A DNA stretch of 64,000 nt, taken from assembly GCF_009914755.1 (NCBI RefSeq), contig NC_060930.1. One strand, given 5' to 3'. This stretch comes from the human T2T-CHM13v2.0 reference genome, Homo sapiens. The position numbers and the translations under genes were made by a program. The notes beneath the pieces were generated by a model that was not told the DNA's origin, did no database searches, and saw only the letters and a list, made by a program, of their open reading frames with translations. Shown here piece after piece: positions 47,367 through 63,751 of the stretch (within the stretch, counting starts at the first letter, position 1; each line of letters starts with the position of its first letter).

Positions 47367-48135
47367 TGTTAAGGGCTGAACTGTGTTCTCCCAAAATTTA
47401 TATGTTGAAGATTTAACTCCCAGTATCTCAAAATGTGACTGTATTTGGAGATGGGGTCTTTAAAGAGGTAACTAAGTTAAAATGAGGTCATTGGAGGGCC
47501 CAAATCCAATAGGGCTGGTATTTTTATTAAAAGAGGCAATTAGGACACAGATACACACAGCAGAGACTATGTAAAGACACAGCAAGAAGATGGGTAGAAC
47601 AAGAGGAAGAAGAAGAAGAAGAAGAGGGAGGAGGAGGAGGAGAAGGAGGGAGGGGAGGAAGAAGAGGAGGACGAGAAGGAGAAGAAGGAGGAGGAGAAGA
47701 AAGGGAAGGAGAAGAAGGGGAAGGAGAAGAAGTGGAAGAAGAAGAAGAAGAAGCAGCAGCAGCAGCAGAAGAAGAAGAAGAAGCAGAAGAAGAAGAAGCA
47801 GCAGCAGCAGAAGAAGAAGAAGGAGAAGAGAGAAGAAGAAGAAGGAGAAGAGAGAAGAAGAAGAAGGAGGAGAGAGAAGAAGAAGAAGAAGAAGAAGAAG
47901 AAGAAGAAGAAGAAGAAGAAGAAGAAGAAGAAGAAGAAGAAGAAAAAGAAGAAGAGAAAAGAAAAAGGAGAAGGAGAAGGCCATCTGCAAACTCAGGAGA
48001 GAGGCCTGAGAAGGAACCAACCCTACTGACACCTTGATCTTGGACTTCCAGCCTCCCAAACTGTGAGAAAATGTTTCTGTTATTTAAGCCACCCAGTCTG
48101 TGACTTTGTTAAGGTAGCCCTAGCAAATTAATACA
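47367..48135 (+). mobile_element. MLT1B-like solo LTR
   Basis: TG...CA ends with 5-bp TSD atgac; tatgttgaag...gtatttggagat...ttgatcttggacttccagcc. Confidence 0.9.
47595..47980 (+). repeat. GAA/GGA/GCA compound trinucleotide repeat
   Basis: (GAA)23 at 47876-47944; (GCA)5 and (GCA)4 interruptions upstream. Confidence 0.97.
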
Positions 48136-48538
48136 ATGACAAAATTTAACTTTGCATCAAGTCCTACAGCTAAAGTTGGGGCTAGCAGCTCCCTCATCCC
48201 AGCAACACAGTAATGGTGTATTGTCATTTTAAGTACCAGAGGAATTGACTTTATTTTTAACTTTGAAACTAGAGGAGATCTTTGGTTATCCCTATTGTAA
48301 TGTCATTCTTTTTTGTCTTGATGTTTCCTTGAATGGAGAGAAAGGGGTAGAATTACTGCTGGCAAGCAAATTTTACATAAGGTAAAGCTTACTGTTCTAT
48401 TCCTCAACTATCACCTATGTGCCATGAACACCTGTGGCAAATCCACATTACAGATGTGCTTATGACCTGTAATTTTTAGACCTAATTCTGTTTTTCTTTT
48501 AAATTTCTCTCATAAATAAATGTTTAATAAGAAGATGA

Positions 48539-49160
<622 letters not shown>

Positions 49161-49279
49161 AGAAAAGAAAGGAAGGAAAGAAGAAAGGGAGGGAGAAAGG
49201 GAGGAAGGAAGGGAGGAAGCGGGGAAGAACGAGGGAAGGAGGGAAGGAAGCAAGGAGACTTTAGCTAAGTATCAACTAG

Positions 49280-50125
49280 TGCATGCCTATGGGGAAACTA
49301 TTAGAGGTCAGGAAAGAACCACTCAAAAGAAGCAGGCTGAGCAAACCTAGGAGCTCACACATTTCCTGAAATAGTTCAAGTTTCCACCTGCCAGAGTAGA
49401 AATACGTCATAATACACAGAGCACTGGATAGCATGTCAGAAGGGTGTTGCCTCCATAGTGGGAAAAAGCTAACCTAGACTCGAGACTGCTCTGGTTCTGC
49501 CTACAGAGTTTGAAAGCAAGCCTCAAAAGGACGAAACTGTTTCTGAGTATCTTACCTACATCCCAGCACAAAGCTCAAGATTATTTAAAATAAAAAAGAA
49601 TGTTCAGCATCCAACAAGGTAGAATCACAATGTCACAGATCCAATCGAAAATTACCAGGCATGTAAATAAGCAGGAAACTATGACCCATAATCAGGAAAA
49701 AAAATCTATTAAACCTGGCCCAGAAATGATACTAAGGACTAAATTAATAGACAAGAATATTAAAATGGTTGTTGAAACTATATTCTATACAGTACACTCA
49801 AGAAGGCAGAGGAAAACATAAGCATGCCAAAAAACATGGCAGGAGAAACAATATTAAGAAGTCCCCAGTCAAGCCTGGGCAACAGGGCAAAACCCCATCT
49901 CTACCAAAAATACGAAAATTAGCCAGGCATGGTGGTGCACACCTGTAGTCCCAGACACTTGGGAGGTGGGAGGATCATCTGGGCCTGGGAGATAGAGGCT
50001 GCAGTGAGCCATGATTGAATCACTGCACTCCAGCCTGGGTGACAGAGTGAGACCTTATAGATACATATGAAAAAAAAAAGTCCCCAGTGAAACTTCTAGA
50101 GATGAAAAGCAATGTCTGAGATAAA
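49280..50125 (+). mobile_element. Old L1M 5'/ORF1 fragment with a truncated Alu (49871-50079)
   Basis: aaattaccaggcatg...gcaggaaactatgacccataatcagg; Alu TSD aagtccccagt. Confidence 0.75.
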
Positions 50126-51242
50126 AACACATAGGATGACAGTAAAATAATGCCCCCATAAGGTTGTTAAAAAGGTCACAGTAATGAATTTAAAGTGCTT
50201 AACACCATGCCTGGATCTTCATTTGCATAAATAATTGATAACCACTGATATTACTGATTCTGCTGTAAATTCAGATTGTCAGAATAATCATAATAGTGGC
50301 TAACATTTCTTTAGCACCTATTTATGCTCCATACTGTATTAAGGACTTCAATTTAAATATCTCTAAGAGATATAAGTAAATTTTAAATATCAATTGGTAT
50401 GTTTTCTTTTTCCTTCCTGTTATTAGTAAGAATTGATTTTCAAACTTAATGTTGGCCTTCTGGTTTCTCTTTATCACTACTTCTTTTTACATTTTGCTTT
50501 CCTAATTCTGTTTTTTTAGCCTATAAGCTTCACCTTGGTAAAGTTAAATTTTTTGAATTTTCTTCATTCTATTGATAATTCCTTCTCTCTTATCTTTCAA
50601 CAATACACTGAAAACACACAGAGAGAGGTTTAAAAAAAAAATAACATTTTGATTAATAGATGTCGTTTTTAAGGTGGACCCAGAGGATAATTCTAACAAA
50701 CACAAATTGGGAAAATCAGACCCTAAACTTAGAAATAACAAGAAAATATTGTTTAAGTAAAGCAGATCAAGCAGTGCTAACATTTATGGCAACACCTCTT
50801 TTAATAAAGAGAATGCTGTCCCCAGATACTCTTTGCCTTCATAAACTGCTCAGCCAGGGATAGACGTAATTTAGGCAGCAGAGGGGTATAGTTTAGGGTG
50901 TCAGGGACATAAACACATCATTAAATACAAGCTGATACCAAACATGACAAGATCATAAAACATAAATCTGGGAATTGAGGGCATAGAGAAAGACACAAGA
51001 CAGAGAAGAATAGAGGAGGACAATAGACAGGGCTTGGCTGGAGGCTTTGGGGGCATTGCAACAGCCCATTGGTACTGCTGCAGCAGAGGAAGACACTCTG
51101 ACATGGCCACACTGACGCTGACCCATGCACTCCATGTGGGAACATTGTGACATGATCATATGAACCACCAGAAAAATGCTTAACAATTTTAAATTATCAA
51201 GTAATGTGTGAAATAGACTGCCCACCATCCCCAATCCCTGCC

Positions 51243-51579
51243 TGTATTAGTCTGTTTTCACACTGCTATAAAGATACTACCCAAGAAGGTTTAATTGACT
51301 CACAGTTCCACATTGCTGCGGAGGCCTCAGGAAACTTACAATCATGGTGGAAGACAAAGAAGAAGAAAAGGCACATCTTACATGGTGGCAGGTGAGAGTG
51401 AGTGAATGAATGAGGAACTGCCAAACATTTTAAAAACCATCAGCTCTCATGAGAACTCACTATCACCAGAACAGCATGGGGAAAACTGCCCCCATGACCC
51501 GATCACCTCCCTCACTCGACATGTGTGGATTAGAATTCGAGATGAGATTTGGGTGGGGACAAAGAGCCAAACCACATCA
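51243..51579 (-). mobile_element. MST/THE1 solo LTR
   Basis: tgtattagtc...aaaccacatca with 5-bp TSD ctgcc. Confidence 0.92.
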
Positions 51580-51904
51580 CTGCCCCTCATTCTGTTCCTG
51601 GACTTCTCCCCATCCCCAGTCCCTAATGGAAAGACCTCCGCCCAGACAGCCCCAGCAAAGGCCCTGCTCAGGACAGAACAGAATCCACAGTCAGAAGAGG
51701 ACAGAACTCGATGCCCACAAGTCACCAACCTACTCACATCTAGTCAACTCCAGACTCTCCCAGGGCTATCATTCTTTCTTCCTATTACATTCTCCTTTCT
51801 TCTGCCTGACCCAACCTTGTCAATAATTTTAACATCTCAAAGGCCCTGTGTTTTCATACTTCCAGAATACCCAATGCCTAGTGTGATTTCAAATATATCC
51901 TACA

Positions 51905-52070
51905 TCCTGTTCCTCAAAGTGTGGTCCATGGAGCAGAAGCAATGCCATCACCTTGGAGCTTGTTTCAGCTCCAGAAATGCAGGATTTCAGGACACACCCA
52001 GATCTACTGGACTGGAATCTGCATCTAAAAAAGATGCCCAGGGGATTCATGGGGATCTTTGAACTTTAAA
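51905..52070. mobile_element. MER5-like fragment
   Basis: tcctcaaagtgtggtcc...catcacc...agaaatgcag...cccagatctactg. Confidence 0.7.
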
Positions 52071-53529
52071 GGCTAAGAAGCATCGCATGCATCCCATTAT
52101 CCCCTAAAACTCTTGCTGTCTACTAACAATTTTCTGTGTACAATTTTTACAAAGATATCTGTTATGGACTGAATTGTGCCCCAGCTTCCACCCTCACCAA
52201 ATTTATATGTTGAAGCCCTAACCCCTGAGGTGACCCCCAATTGTTTGAAAACAATATTTTCAAAAAAAAAAAGAAAAAAAGAAACTCCATTCCCAAAGAA
52301 TGTATTCATCAAGGGAAATGCATCAAGAGTAAAAATGCTATTGGAAAAACACTGTCTGAAAAGTCACCCTTATCAGAAAGAAAACCAAACATCAACAGAA
52401 AATAAAGTGAATGAAATAGTTATGGGAACATTCTGGTTACACGCGAATAGCATTTCCATGGATTCATTATACACTATCTTTGGGGTCCCTATTGCCAAAT
52501 CATGTTGTAAGAGAGTAAGGACTTTCAGATACTTCCAGAAGTGCCTCCTTTTCCCTTGGAAAATGCCCAAGATACACCTACCTTATGTCAAGTTCCTTGA
52601 AACAGCAAAAAACAAACAAACAAACAAACAAAAAACACTTTCCTTGTGAAGAAATTCTAGAGTCATGAATACTGAAACCAGGATCGTATTCTGTTTAGCT
52701 GGTGATGGAGGGAATGGGAAAGAACCTGGAAAAAGAGACAAGATAGACAACAGAGGTCTCTCACACCCCAAAGATTCAATCACTTCTTCCAAAGACCATA
52801 ACTTCTCTAGATAATTTCGGCGGGGCCGGGGAGGAAATGGCTCCAGTTTATTTCCCCCAAGCATTTGCTGAGCTGAAATCTACCCATGTACAACACTAAT
52901 AAAATTACTAACTCCTGTTGACTGTGCTTGAGCATAATGAGTCTGTTCTCTATGTTACTAAGATCACAGGAGCTATGGAAAAGGGTCTGTCTTAAAGAGT
53001 ACGTTTGTAGATTTGTGCTGGGAACAAATCTTCCAGTCTGTTGCAGATGTCCTCAGAGGAAATCATGTTTGTATGAAAATTGTGTAAGGTAGGCAACTGA
53101 TGGAGCGTCAAACGTGAAAGACGGTTCAATGAGTTTGCATTGCAGTTAAAAACAGAATCGAGCCATGTGACACATTTACAGCCTTGTTGTGGCATTTGCA
53201 ACAAAGATGTCCAAAAGACGATTCCAGTGCAGAACATTTAAGTTTCTTAAGGCATCACAAAATGAGTCACATACAGAAATAAATATTTTACACATCCATC
53301 TCTGTGATATGAATACTTAACACTCATATAGCACTTCTATTCTGCTTATTAAATACATCACCTAATTTAATTCCTACAACAAATGAGGGTATTCGCATTA
53401 TCATCATTATTCTCATTTAACAGATGAGAAACTGAGGCACAGAAAGATGAATTTGTTAGCCTAGGTTTACACAGCTAATGAGTGGGATTCAAAACTGGGC
53501 CTCAGTTGGGATTCAAACCTGGGCCTCAG

Positions 53530-54002
<473 letters not shown>

Positions 54003-54317
54003 CCCAAACCTAGGCCTCCTGCCAACTGTGGCCAGAGCCACTGCACTATCCCACCCCCTAAATCCTCAAGGCCCAGCAAGCCCAGGTGTATAGAGGCCAG
54101 GTCCCAGTGGCAGGAAAAATCAGGCCTTATAAGAATCTTTGAATCATCCGGAACCTTTATTTTGGAACTCAGACAGATGAATTTGTCAATACTTGTACTC
54201 CTTCTGCAGATTGCCGGGTTCCAAGCCCCAGGTCTGCAACTTAATGGCTGTGTGGCCAAAGGCAAGTCACCTAATCTCTAGGCCTCTCAGTTTCCCATTT
54301 CATAAAATGAAGAAAAG

Positions 54318-54620
54318 GGCCGGGTGCGGTGGCTCATGCCTGTAATCCCAGCACTTTGGGAGGCTGAGGCGGGTAGATCACGAGGCCAGGAGTTCAAGAC
54401 CAGCCTGGCCAAAATAGTGAAACCCCGTCTCTACTAAAAATACAAAAATTAGCCGGGCATGGCGGCGGGCACCTGTAATCCCAGCTACTTGGGAGGCTGA
54501 GGCAGGAGAATCACTTGACCTGGGAGGTGGAGGTAGCAGTGAGCTGAGATTGCACCACTGCACTGCAGCCTGGGAGACAGAGCAAGACTCTGTCTCAAAA
54601 ATAATAGTAAAATAAAAATA
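54318..54620 (+). mobile_element. Alu (S-like) splitting a MIR (54215-54735)
   Basis: TSD aaaatgaagaaaag. Confidence 0.95.
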
Positions 54621-54975
54621 AAATGAAGAAAAGAATAGTTGCACTTATGTCATTTTAAAGATCATATGAGTTAATATCTTCATAACCATTTGAAACCATG
54701 CTAGGCATATGGCAAATGCCATGTTAGCTACTGTTATCCCTGGGTAGACGTCCAATGCCTGATTCATCCCTGTGTCCCCCACAGAGCTGAGCCCATAATG
54801 GACGTCAATTAATATTGATGGAGTTAATAAACAAGCAAGGCTTTAGGAAGGAGGAGACATTTAAGGAGGCCTCCTATGAGGAGTGAAATTTGGAAAAGCA
54901 GAGAGATTAGAGAAAGGCATTTTAGGAGCAGGAATCGGCTGAAGGTACTGGAAGAGCAGGAGGAGCCAAGACAGT

Positions 54976-55335
54976 TGATAGGGTTTGGCTGTGTCCCCAC
55001 CCAAATCTCATCTTGAACTGTAGCTCCTATACTCCCCACATGTCATGGGAGGGGCCTGGTGGGAGGTAACTGACTCATGAGGCTAGTTTTTTCCCATGTT
55101 GTTCTCCATAGTGAATAAGTCTCATGAGATCTGATGGTTTTATAAAGGGCAGTTCCCTGCACACACTCTCTTGCCTGCCACCATATCGGACTTGCCTTTT
55201 TCCTCTTTCAGCTTCCACCATGATTATGAGGCGTCCCCAGCCATGTGGAACTGTGAGTTCATTAAACCTCTTTCCATTTATAAATTACCTGGTCTCAGGT
55301 ATTTCTTCATAGCAGTATGAAAATGGACTAATACA
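54976..55335 (+). mobile_element. THE1 solo LTR
   Basis: tgatagggtttggctgtgtccccacccaaatctcatcttgaa...aaatggactaataca. Confidence 0.93.
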
Positions 55336-55538
55336 GTAGTCCTGTGGGACTATAAGGAGACAAAGTCAACTGGAGTGGAGGACTCTAGCTGGAAAGTACA
55401 TGGGAAATAACAAAGAAAAGCAGGATGGGGTCAAAAGATGAAAATCTGGAATAGCCCAGGCTATTCCAGGTCTGTAGCCCTCTCAGGTCTGTGCTCTTCT
55501 CTTTCCATTTCTATGTGGTTAAGAATCTTTGTAGATGG

Positions 55539-56167
<629 letters not shown>

Positions 56168-56677
56168 GTATTTGTAGACTCATTGCCTAACCTTGCTATA
56201 CAGTTATATTATAAAGCAGTTTTCTTTAACAGTAAAAAATAGTAATAATTCTTTCTTACTGTAACTGTTATACTGTGCTTTAAACTTTTTGTGGCATTTA
56301 TACATTTATTATCTCATATAATAAACATCTATCTTGTAAGCTACATTAAAAAATAATACATTATTATATAATATGTATAAATGCGTTATTTTCTGAGCTC
56401 ACTTTACAACTTAAATTAATACTGAAGGCTAAGAAAGCACCTCGTAAGTCAGGCTTATACCATCGAAAACCAATTAGTAAAGATTAACAGTTTGGGTTAT
56501 TTGCAAGCCCTCTTCATTCTCAATTGATTTTCTATCATTAGATAGACGGAAATTGGTCCTGGCTTGACTGAATCATTGGATCTGCATATTTCTGATGAGT
56601 ATTCAATGCATGACAGAAAATTTTAGTTGGGGATATGGCAGCAAAGGGATTTCCATCTGTTATAGGTCAAAACCTAA

Positions 56678-56988
<311 letters not shown>

Positions 56989-57197
56989 GACATGTATGAT
57001 CTTTCGAGTGCTATAACTCTGTCAGGCTAGACTAGTTGGAATTGGTTCTGGCCAGTCCTGGACAGTCTTCCCCAAAAGAGAAAGAAGCTCCTCGGGTAAA
57101 TTCTGACTCTAGCCGAGACCTACTCAGTATTACTAGCAGGGTGAAATGTCACAATCAATATGATTTTCATACTCCTTTTCATTGACTTTCTCAACAG

Positions 57198-57300
57198 GTA
57201 GGATGAGGGCAGTTGCAAAGGGAAAGAATTCAGAGCCCTTCGTACTGTGACACTTTTGGAAGAATGCTTTCAGTCTTCTGACCCCCAAAATCACTCAGAA
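57198..57300 (+). ncRNA. Candidate non-coding exon
   Basis: Pyrimidine tract plus caacag acceptor; GAA|GTAAGT donor; stops in all frames. Confidence 0.35.
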
Positions 57301-57542
57301 GTAAGTGTGTCCATTTTACAGATGAACGATTCACACTTGGGCTTTCAACCCTAGCAGTGGCAAAAGAATCCTATTGTCCCCTGGTATAGACACACGCATT
57401 TTGAAAAATAAGTTCAGGTGATCCCTGAGCCAGATGGGGATAGCAAATGCATGTTCCTTTTTTTTTTTTTTTTTCTTATTGAGTGGCAGTAACTTTTATT
57501 TGTATCTCTTCACGTTTCTGTTTTGTTTTGTTTTGTTTTTAG

Positions 57543-57611
57543 GGTAAAAAGATGCAATTACTCTGAATGATACCATTTCAGGGCCCATGGTAATGGGACT
57601 CTGTGTAATTT
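57543..57611 (+). ncRNA. Candidate non-coding exon (or start of a terminal exon)
   Basis: (TTTTG)n-TTTAG acceptor; TTT|GTGAGT donor; AATAAA at 57748 and 58137. Confidence 0.3.
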
Positions 57612-60079
57612 GTGAGTGGTCAGTGGAGCAGGACCAAGCATATACCACCCAGGCCTCTGCACTGTCACCTCGCTAGGAGTGTTTATGTCTCCCTACACAC
57701 AGTACTCTGTTGGCTGCCAAGTATTTTCACTCTGCCATGCCACGTGTAATAAAGAATCCATTTCCAGGCAATTCTCCATTGCATATTCTTGATGAAAGGT
57801 GGCTGGCGGGCACCACACTACAAACTGGAAACCCTTTGTACGAACACATATCCTGCCCTGTTACTGCCACTTCATTGATTTAGGATTGGCATTTACTAGA
57901 GCTCTCCTTCAAGATCCCACAAACCGGGCACCATTTCCTTCCTCCACCATTGCCTTACCAGGGCTGGTCATTTCCAACTCTCATTTTCTTTCGAGTTGGC
58001 ATGAGAAGCATACACAAAGCAGAAAGTGGTGCAGTCTGTTTTTCTGTTTTTATTGCCTTCTGCATATACAGAGGGGTCCCTGGTGTCCCTTTCCATATCT
58101 AAGTTCAACATTTTACTCAGTAACATGCAGTTACGGAATAAACAAGAAAATGAATCACAATAGCTTGGATAAAGAGTGAGCTCTGGAGCCAAGTAACCCA
58201 CAGAGTGCCCACATTTATAGGCATCATAGATGTTGCTGCTGATTTTATTTAAAGCTGGGGAATGCTGGACTCAGGCTGCAACAGGGAAGGATCATGTGAA
58301 GGCAAATGCATGTTTTGCAACTTAAGCTGGTGCTATCTGTAAGTGTGGGGATGGCGAGCCTTGTGCAAAAATACACGCTTTCCAACCAGGTCCACCATCC
58401 CTAGCAACTGGTGACTTATTGGAGCCAACACTTAGGGATACTTGTAAGAATTTTATGGCAACCCCAGGTTATCAGCATTGCAGCAGACCTCTGGAACCCC
58501 TGAGTGCAAACCTGGGCTGATGGAGAAAGAGAAGGGAAGCCCAAAAGGAATCATTTCCTCCTCCTCCCAACTATGCCTGATGCCCCTCTGTATATGGGAG
58601 GTTCATAAACCCTTCTACCCTGCTTTATATTTTCAGGACACCAGCGTGCTTCCTTTCCTGATCAATGAAATGCCCCAGATAGCCATGCAATCTGCACTGT
58701 CACCATATGGCATCTGCCACATGAAAACACCAGTTCAGCATTGGTCCCTCCTCATTCTGTCATCTCATTGGCAGAAGTGTCATTAACTTTGTGGTGACAA
58801 TTATTCGAGGACCAAGGAAACTGTGGAAATTTGTAAACTCTTGCATGGCTAAATTAAATGCTATTTTAACTAACAGTTAATAGTGTTTACTGCTGTGTAA
58901 TAGTAATTTTCATTTTTTACTGTATCTAATGACATTCTGATGACTGGAATTCTCTGTAGGGATACCAAATCATTACATTAAGGATGAGTGATTTTAGTAT
59001 GCAATGACTGATCAGTACAATAATATGTAGCCTAATGCTTAAGCTAGTAAATTAAATCATTTGCACCACAGTGTTTGTCAACTAGAATAGGGATTCCATT
59101 ATGCTGTTAAATTATAATGTAGAGGCTGCTTAAAGTAAAATAACAAATGAGCATCTCAAATTGTGACACATTGGTGGAATATTTTCTTAAGAGGTATGGA
59201 AAAGAGAGAAACACTCCTAATCAACCCAAACAGCCCATCAACTTCTTGTGGTAGGTGACCATTGAACTGAGTTATAAAGGTAAACTTGTAGACACCTTAA
59301 AATGTTGGTATAAGAGAATTGCCTGCTAGAGGGAGAGAAGGGAAGTAGGACCTCAGGGAAGGTTTGGATAGTTAACCATAGAAGAATTGGTTTCATCTTG
59401 GCATGTGAGATCTAACGAAAAAGCACTGTTGAAAGGCAAAAGAAACGACTCCCTTCCAACTGGTGATTGGCCATGTTTGGGAGCATGTTCAAAATATAAC
59501 AGCCACCTGGGCGAGACTCCTGTCTCCAGACTGCAGTGAGAGACTCTCCTCTCTGGCCTGAAAGCCATTAAGGCTTTCCTAACTCTCAGACAAACTAGAC
59601 TGCATTTCACAAACAGGAAATCCTTTTTAAGTTGGCCTCGCCAAGAAGCTAAAGCAAGTTCCGTGTTTAAGATATGAGATCACTCAAACTTGAAAGGCTG
59701 CAATACTCTCAAAAAAAAAAGTCATCTAAGTTTTTAGACTTCCTTTTATCTCAATGATTCTCAATCATCAGATCATGTTTGAGAATCAATATTAAAGAAA
59801 GATTTGAAGAATAGAACTGGCAGAGTTTTCTCTTGGTTAAAAAGACTTGAAGAATAGAATAAAAGACAGGGGGAAGAGAAGGAATGTTATCCTGTTTTTC
59901 CTAAAATAGAGGCTGTGGGATGGGGTGCAAAGGGAAGTAAACTTTACTCAAAAAACCTCAGTGTCTTTTGTAGAGGAAACTTTAAAAACAAGGTCTATTC
60001 CATTCAATTCAATTTAAAATTTTTTAGCTAAGCACACATTGGAGCAACTTTAGGAGTCAGGCTGGTTGATAGGTGTTGG

Positions 60080-60380
60080 GTTTTTTGGTTTTGTTTTTGA
60101 GACAGGATCTCACTCTGTCACTCAGACTGGAGTTCAGTGGTGCAATCACAGCTCACTGTAGGCTCAACCTCCCTGACTCAAGCCATCCTCCTGCTTCAGC
60201 CTCCTGAGTAGCTGGGACCACAGGTGCACACCACCACACCTGGCTAATTTTTAAATCTTTTGTAGACATGAGGTCTCACTCTGTTACCCAGGCTGGTCTT
60301 GAACTCCTGGGTTCAAGTCATCGTCCCACCTAGACCTCCCAAAGTACCGGGATTACAGGCATAAGCCACCATGCCTGGCT
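60080..60380 (-). mobile_element. Alu (J-like) within degraded L2 sequence
   Basis: Alu reverse complement; L2-like flanks (cattcaattcaatt..., aatcatggaaaccttgt...). Confidence 0.9.
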
Positions 60381-60918
60381 GGTTCTGGACTTATAGGGAT
60401 GAGTGCTGAATCATTATCCTCAAGAAGCCCACAACGCAGTAGATGACACAATATGGAAAACATGAATTACTACTCAGCTCCTTGCGTTCTAACACAAAGA
60501 TACGCAGAACCCTAAGAGCTCCCAGAAAAGAGGCCGTAGCTCTTTAGACGGAGTGAGGAAGGCTTCCCACAGACTTCACCCTTTATGTCAATTAGGAGTT
60601 GGTCAAATGAAGAAAAGGAGAAAGGTCTTTCCATCAAATAAAAATGCACAGAGGTTTAAGAAAATGTGAGGTATCAACCAAGATTCAAAAGAGTAGTAGG
60701 AAGAACCCTCGAAATCATGGAAACCTTGTACAGCACACAGTAAGTCAGAGTAAGTGACCGTGGATGGATTTGTATTCTGGAAATGTCATTCTGGTGGCAA
60801 TGGAGAGATGGTTTAAAGAGAGGAGAAGGTACAAACTGAGATAGCAGTAAGAAAATTATGATAATAATTATAACAGATGATAAAGGCATGTGAACGATAG
60901 TGACTATAGAAAGGCCGC

Positions 60919-61320
<402 letters not shown>

Positions 61321-62120
61321 TCATGGCACAAGGATGCCATTCGTTGGTTGCATTTATTCAATACTAATCAGTACACTAAAATGGCCTCCCTTTGGTAAGC
61401 AAAAACACTATTTATACATTTCAGTTTCTTCCCAGGGTATCAAAAGAGAAAACTCTCATGTAATACTATTTGGTATTTTTACTATAAATCAGGCCACTTT
61501 ACCCAAGATGTAATTCAGAGCAAACGGTATTATTGCAGATTACATTATTCATATTGATATTCAGTGGGTGTATTCTGTGCTAGGGTTTGTGACATTCCTG
61601 CCCTGGATGGGGCTGATTGGTTCAGGAGTGGGTTTATAGAGCTAACAAACTGCCTGGCACACAATCTCTACCAATAGGTCACTGGCCACACCTACCCTCC
61701 CTTTCAGGGAGCTTGAATCAAAGACACCAAGACAGAATTACCAAGTCCATGATGACAGGAGAGAAAAAAGCCAAGAGAAAATAGCTGAGTCGCCAAAGAA
61801 GAAAATCACCCAAGCAAAGAGGATCACATACCTGCTGGTGAGAGGGAAACAAACTCTGTGGTTTTGTTAGCTCTGACTCATGTCCTCAAAGATGGATGTG
61901 CAGGTTGGGCACTGCACAAGCACCTCTGGCTAAGGGGATAAATTGGAACAGAAATACAGCTCACCTTTCACCTACCAGGCCAAGCACATGTGTTCAGTGC
62001 AGTGACCACCCGGAGAAGGGCTGCCCTAGATTTCTAAGTGGCCCAGAGGCCCTATAGGGCCTAACAGTGGCCCAAGAGAAAACAGTTCAGCTTGCTGTGA
62101 TGCCTGGTATGCAGAATTGA

Positions 62121-62466
<346 letters not shown>

Positions 62467-62938
62467 CTCACAACCCTTCTTAAAAAAAAAAAACAAAAAC
62501 AAACGAAATCTAGGTGTGTTTTTGCCATACAATGTATAGTTCCTTAAAAATCTCATATAAATGCAAAATTGCCACATATAGAATAATGTCTTATTGGTAC
62601 ATTTAAATTTAGTTTGATTTTATTAGCTTAGGTTTAGTTTCCATTGGCACTGGCATTTCCAAAGACATAAACCCAATATTTTTCAAAACGGATCCAAAAC
62701 ATTTCCTCGAAATCTTTGAATCTACGAGTAAAATGTTACATCTCCTGAGATTTGTTTTGCTCTTTAAAGTAATTCATAATTATATTTTCTCAGCTAGAAA
62801 CTGTTTCCCGCTAATGACATCACAGTGCTAATACTTACCTTCTAACTTTCACAGGCAAATGAGGCCTTAATTAGAATACTTCAAGTAAATAAATGTGTTT
62901 GAAGGGATTTCCTAGCATTGTACTTAAAAGGATCGTTA

Positions 62939-63302
62939 GGCTAGGCGAGGTGGCTCATGCCTATAATCCCAACTTTTTGGGAGGCCAAGGCAGGAGGATC
63001 ATTTAAGGCCAGGAGTTTGAGACCAGTGTGATCAATATAGCAAGACCCCATCTCTACATACATTTTTTTAAGTTTAAATTTAAATTTAAACATTTAAAAA
63101 AATTTTAAATCTACATAAATTTTTAAAATTTTTAAAAAATTGTTGTGCACCTATAGTCCCAGCTACTCGGGAAGGATTCCTTTAGCCCAGGATTCTGTGG
63201 CTGCAGAGAGCTATGATCGTGTCACGGCACTCCAGCCTGGGTGTCAGAATAAGAGATCCCCCACTCCCCACCTCCTGCCCCTCAAAAATAAATAAATAAA
63301 AA
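62939..63302 (+). mobile_element. Alu (J-like) with expanded AT linker
   Basis: Left arm, ~85-bp AT-rich insert, partial right arm. Confidence 0.88.
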
Positions 63303-63452
63303 GTTTTTTTAAAATAAAAGGACCAACACTCTCACCATTTAGCTGAAATAAAAACCCTTTGCCACATGGCACCCTGGCACAATGTGTTTAATGTGATCAG
63401 ATTTGATGTTAGAAAGGAAGTTATTGACATTCTCATAAGAATTTTTAAAACT

Positions 63453-63751
<299 letters not shown>

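Noticed and set aside
47876-47944. Identity with the FXN or FGF14 disease GAA loci
   Set aside because: This repeat sits in an MLT1 LTR; the FXN repeat is in an Alu, and the flanks do not match what I recall of FGF14
47472-48059. Poly-Leu/Arg/Glu ORFs
   Set aside because: Translations of the GAA/GCA microsatellite
51406-52062. Longest ORF (218 aa)
   Set aside because: Runs through an MST/THE1 LTR, unique DNA and a MER5 fragment, with no recognisable domain; probably a chance ORF
53047-53088. Small plus-strand exon-like segment (ttgcag...AAG|GTAGGC)
   Set aside because: Weak pyrimidine tract, early stop, no supporting context
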